NCBI GenBank assembly: GCA_951813565.1
Contig: OX638351.1
Coordinates: forward strand, 224,001 to 288,000
Length of the DNA: 64,000 bases
Origin: an uncultured Poribacteria bacterium
Lineage (GTDB): Bacteria > Poribacteria > WGA-4E > WGA-3G
Direction: 5' to 3'
Shown here: positions 62,173 to 64,000 of the stretch, in pieces
Layout: each line of letters starts with the position of its first letter
Numbering within the stretch: the stretch's first letter is position 1
Notes under the pieces: model-generated
What the model was told of the DNA's origin: nothing
Database searches by the model: none
Seen by the model: only the letters and a program-made list of their open reading frames with translations
Translations under genes and position numbers: made by a program

Positions 62173-63123
62173 GTGAAACTTGTTACATTCAAAAAGTCAT
62201 CGTTAGACGAACATTCCCGGCTTGGTGCATGGGTTGATGGTGATAAGATTATTGATCTTAACTTAGATGTCTCTGATATGCCTCAGTTTTTTGAACAGAA
62301 TTGCACCGCAGATGCACAAAAACGTATTGATACAGTCCAACAGCAACTCAGTGACGGTTCCAATTTGTCCGATGTTGTTTTCTCGGTTTCCGATGTTCAA
62401 TTGCTTGCGCCATTTCCACGTCCCGCGAGTTTGCGTGATTTCGGTGTGTTCAAAACGCACATGGACGCTGCCTCACGTATCACTGGAAAGGAAATATCTC
62501 CTGAATGGTTTAAATTACCGAACTATTATCGCGGCAGCACAAGTCCTGCTTCCATTGCCGGGCACGAAGCCGTAGTGACCTGGCCCAATTACACAGAAAA
62601 ACTTGATTTTGAACTGGAATGGGGCATCTATATCGGCAAAACAGGTAAGAACATCTCAATTGAAGAAGCCCCTGAGTACATTGCTGGATACACGGTTTAC
62701 AACGACATCAGTGCACGTGATATTCAATTCCGACACATGACACTTTCACTCGGTCCCGCCAAAGGCAAGGATTTTGACAACAGCAACATTATGGGTCCAT
62801 GCCTTGTAACACCAGATGAAATTGGTGATCCATATAATCTGAAAATGACAGCAAGAGTCAACGGAGAAGTTTGGGCAGAAGGTAATACATCAGATATGTA
62901 TTATTCTTTCGCAGAAATGGTCTCATTTGTTTCGCAGTCAGAAACACTATTTCCGGGAGAATTTTTAGGATCTGGTACTGTCGGAAATGGATGCGGTTGG
63001 GAGCTTGACCGATGGATTCAACCCGGGGACGTGATTGAACTTGAGGTTGAAAACGTCGGTGTATTGAGAAATAGAATCGGTGAACCAGAAGAAAACCCAG
63101 CGGCTTGGAAGGAAAAAGTATAA
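62173..63123 (+). CDS. fumarylacetoacetate hydrolase family protein
   Basis: LRDF, LDFELE, NDISARDIQ, KGKDF, GSGTV..GC. Confidence 0.92.
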   Translation: MKLVTFKKSSLDEHSRLGAWVDGDKIIDLNLDVSDMPQFFEQNCTADAQKRIDTVQQQLSDGSNLSDVVFSVSDVQLLAPFPRPASLRDFGVFKTHMDAASRITGKEISPEWFKLPNYYRGSTSPASIAGHEAVVTWPNYTEKLDFELEWGIYIGKTGKNISIEEAPEYIAGYTVYNDISARDIQFRHMTLSLGPAKGKDFDNSNIMGPCLVTPDEIGDPYNLKMTARVNGEVWAEGNTSDMYYSFAEMVSFVSQSETLFPGEFLGSGTVGNGCGWELDRWIQPGDVIELEVENVGVLRNRIGEPEENPAAWKEKV

Positions 63124-63125
63124 CG

Positions 63126-63875
63126 GTGCGACTTAAAGATAAAGTTGCTATCATCACAGGTGCTGCATCTGGAATCGGCAAAGCTACCGCAAAACTTTTT
63201 GCTGAACACGGTGCAAAGGTCGTTATCGCTGATATTGATGAACATGGCGGGAGCCGGACCGTCACCGACATTCAAGACGCAGGTAACGAAGCAATATACG
63301 TAAAAACCGATGTGACAATTAAAAATGATACTGAACAGATGGTAAATCAAACCGTAAAAACTTACGGCAAACTTGATATTCTGTTCAATAATGCTGGCAT
63401 CGCAATGCGCTTGCCGGTTTCAGAACTCCCTGAAGAAGACTGGCACCGTTGTTTAGATGTGAATCTTACGGGTGTTTTCCTTTGCGCTAAAGCAGCAATT
63501 CCAGAAATGCAGAAAAACGGTGGCGGTTCCATCATCAATATGTCCTCCATTTACGGTATTGTTGGTGCAGATGTTCGCGCAGCGTATGTTGCATCCAAAG
63601 GCGCTGTTACAAACTTGACACGCGGCATGGCTCTTGATTACGCGGAAGACAATATCCGTGTAAATTGCATCTGTCCAGGTTTTGTGGAAACGCCTTTAGT
63701 CGCTGGAGTCATCAAAAACCCAGAAGAATATCAGAAACTTGCGAATAAACATCCGATGCGTAGACTTGGCCAACCTGAAGAAATTGCTTATGGTGCATTA
63801 TACCTTGCTTCCGATGAATCTGCGTTCGTTACAGGCATTGCACTGCCCATTGATGGAGGCTATACCGCAGGATAA
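63126..63875 (+). CDS. SDR family oxidoreductase
   Basis: TGAASGIG, NNAG, YVASK, N.ICPG, DGG. Confidence 0.95.
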   Translation: MRLKDKVAIITGAASGIGKATAKLFAEHGAKVVIADIDEHGGSRTVTDIQDAGNEAIYVKTDVTIKNDTEQMVNQTVKTYGKLDILFNNAGIAMRLPVSELPEEDWHRCLDVNLTGVFLCAKAAIPEMQKNGGGSIINMSSIYGIVGADVRAAYVASKGAVTNLTRGMALDYAEDNIRVNCICPGFVETPLVAGVIKNPEEYQKLANKHPMRRLGQPEEIAYGALYLASDESAFVTGIALPIDGGYTAG

Positions 63876-64000
63876 ATATAGTAAAAATATGTAATATGTT
63901 GAGCAACTAAACTGATAAACCTTCAAAGTAAATCTAATAATAGGTTGAGGCAATATGCTTTAGCCTTTTGCAGGTGAATTAATGCGTAAGTTTTCCGTAT

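Overview
Bacterial chromosomal window, probably Candidatus Poribacteria. This is inferred from secreted proteins ending in 'VxPxxKxTTTWxHxK', a FlgD-Ig-like C-terminal domain remnant, and TPR/LamG, FGE-domain and sulfatase content. It carries housekeeping genes (pcrA, gatCA, ctpA, recX-alaS, larB, comM, yggS-proC-yggT-[ileS-like]-lspA-fmt-rpe-rsmE-mtaB) and an unusually layered mobilome: an intact IS605-type tnpA/tnpB element, a RAYT gene with an 8-unit REP array, IS1634, IS982, a decayed IS4, about 10 REP families and many MITEs. The main candidates for novelty are: (1) a ~34-bp 'AATCAAC + covarying hairpin' micro-element, about 15 copies, found only inside REPs or other copies and without target duplication; (2) a 409-bp non-autonomous IS605 derivative that keeps the TnpB omegaRNA region but has a ~240-nt structured cargo in place of the genes; (3) an IS4/MITE family that targets one REP hairpin with a 20-bp duplication; (4) an uninterrupted 867-aa IleRS-like ORF in the canonical ileS position that lacks the HIGH, KMSKS and editing motifs. 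All calls come from reading the sequence by eye; no searches or folding were run.
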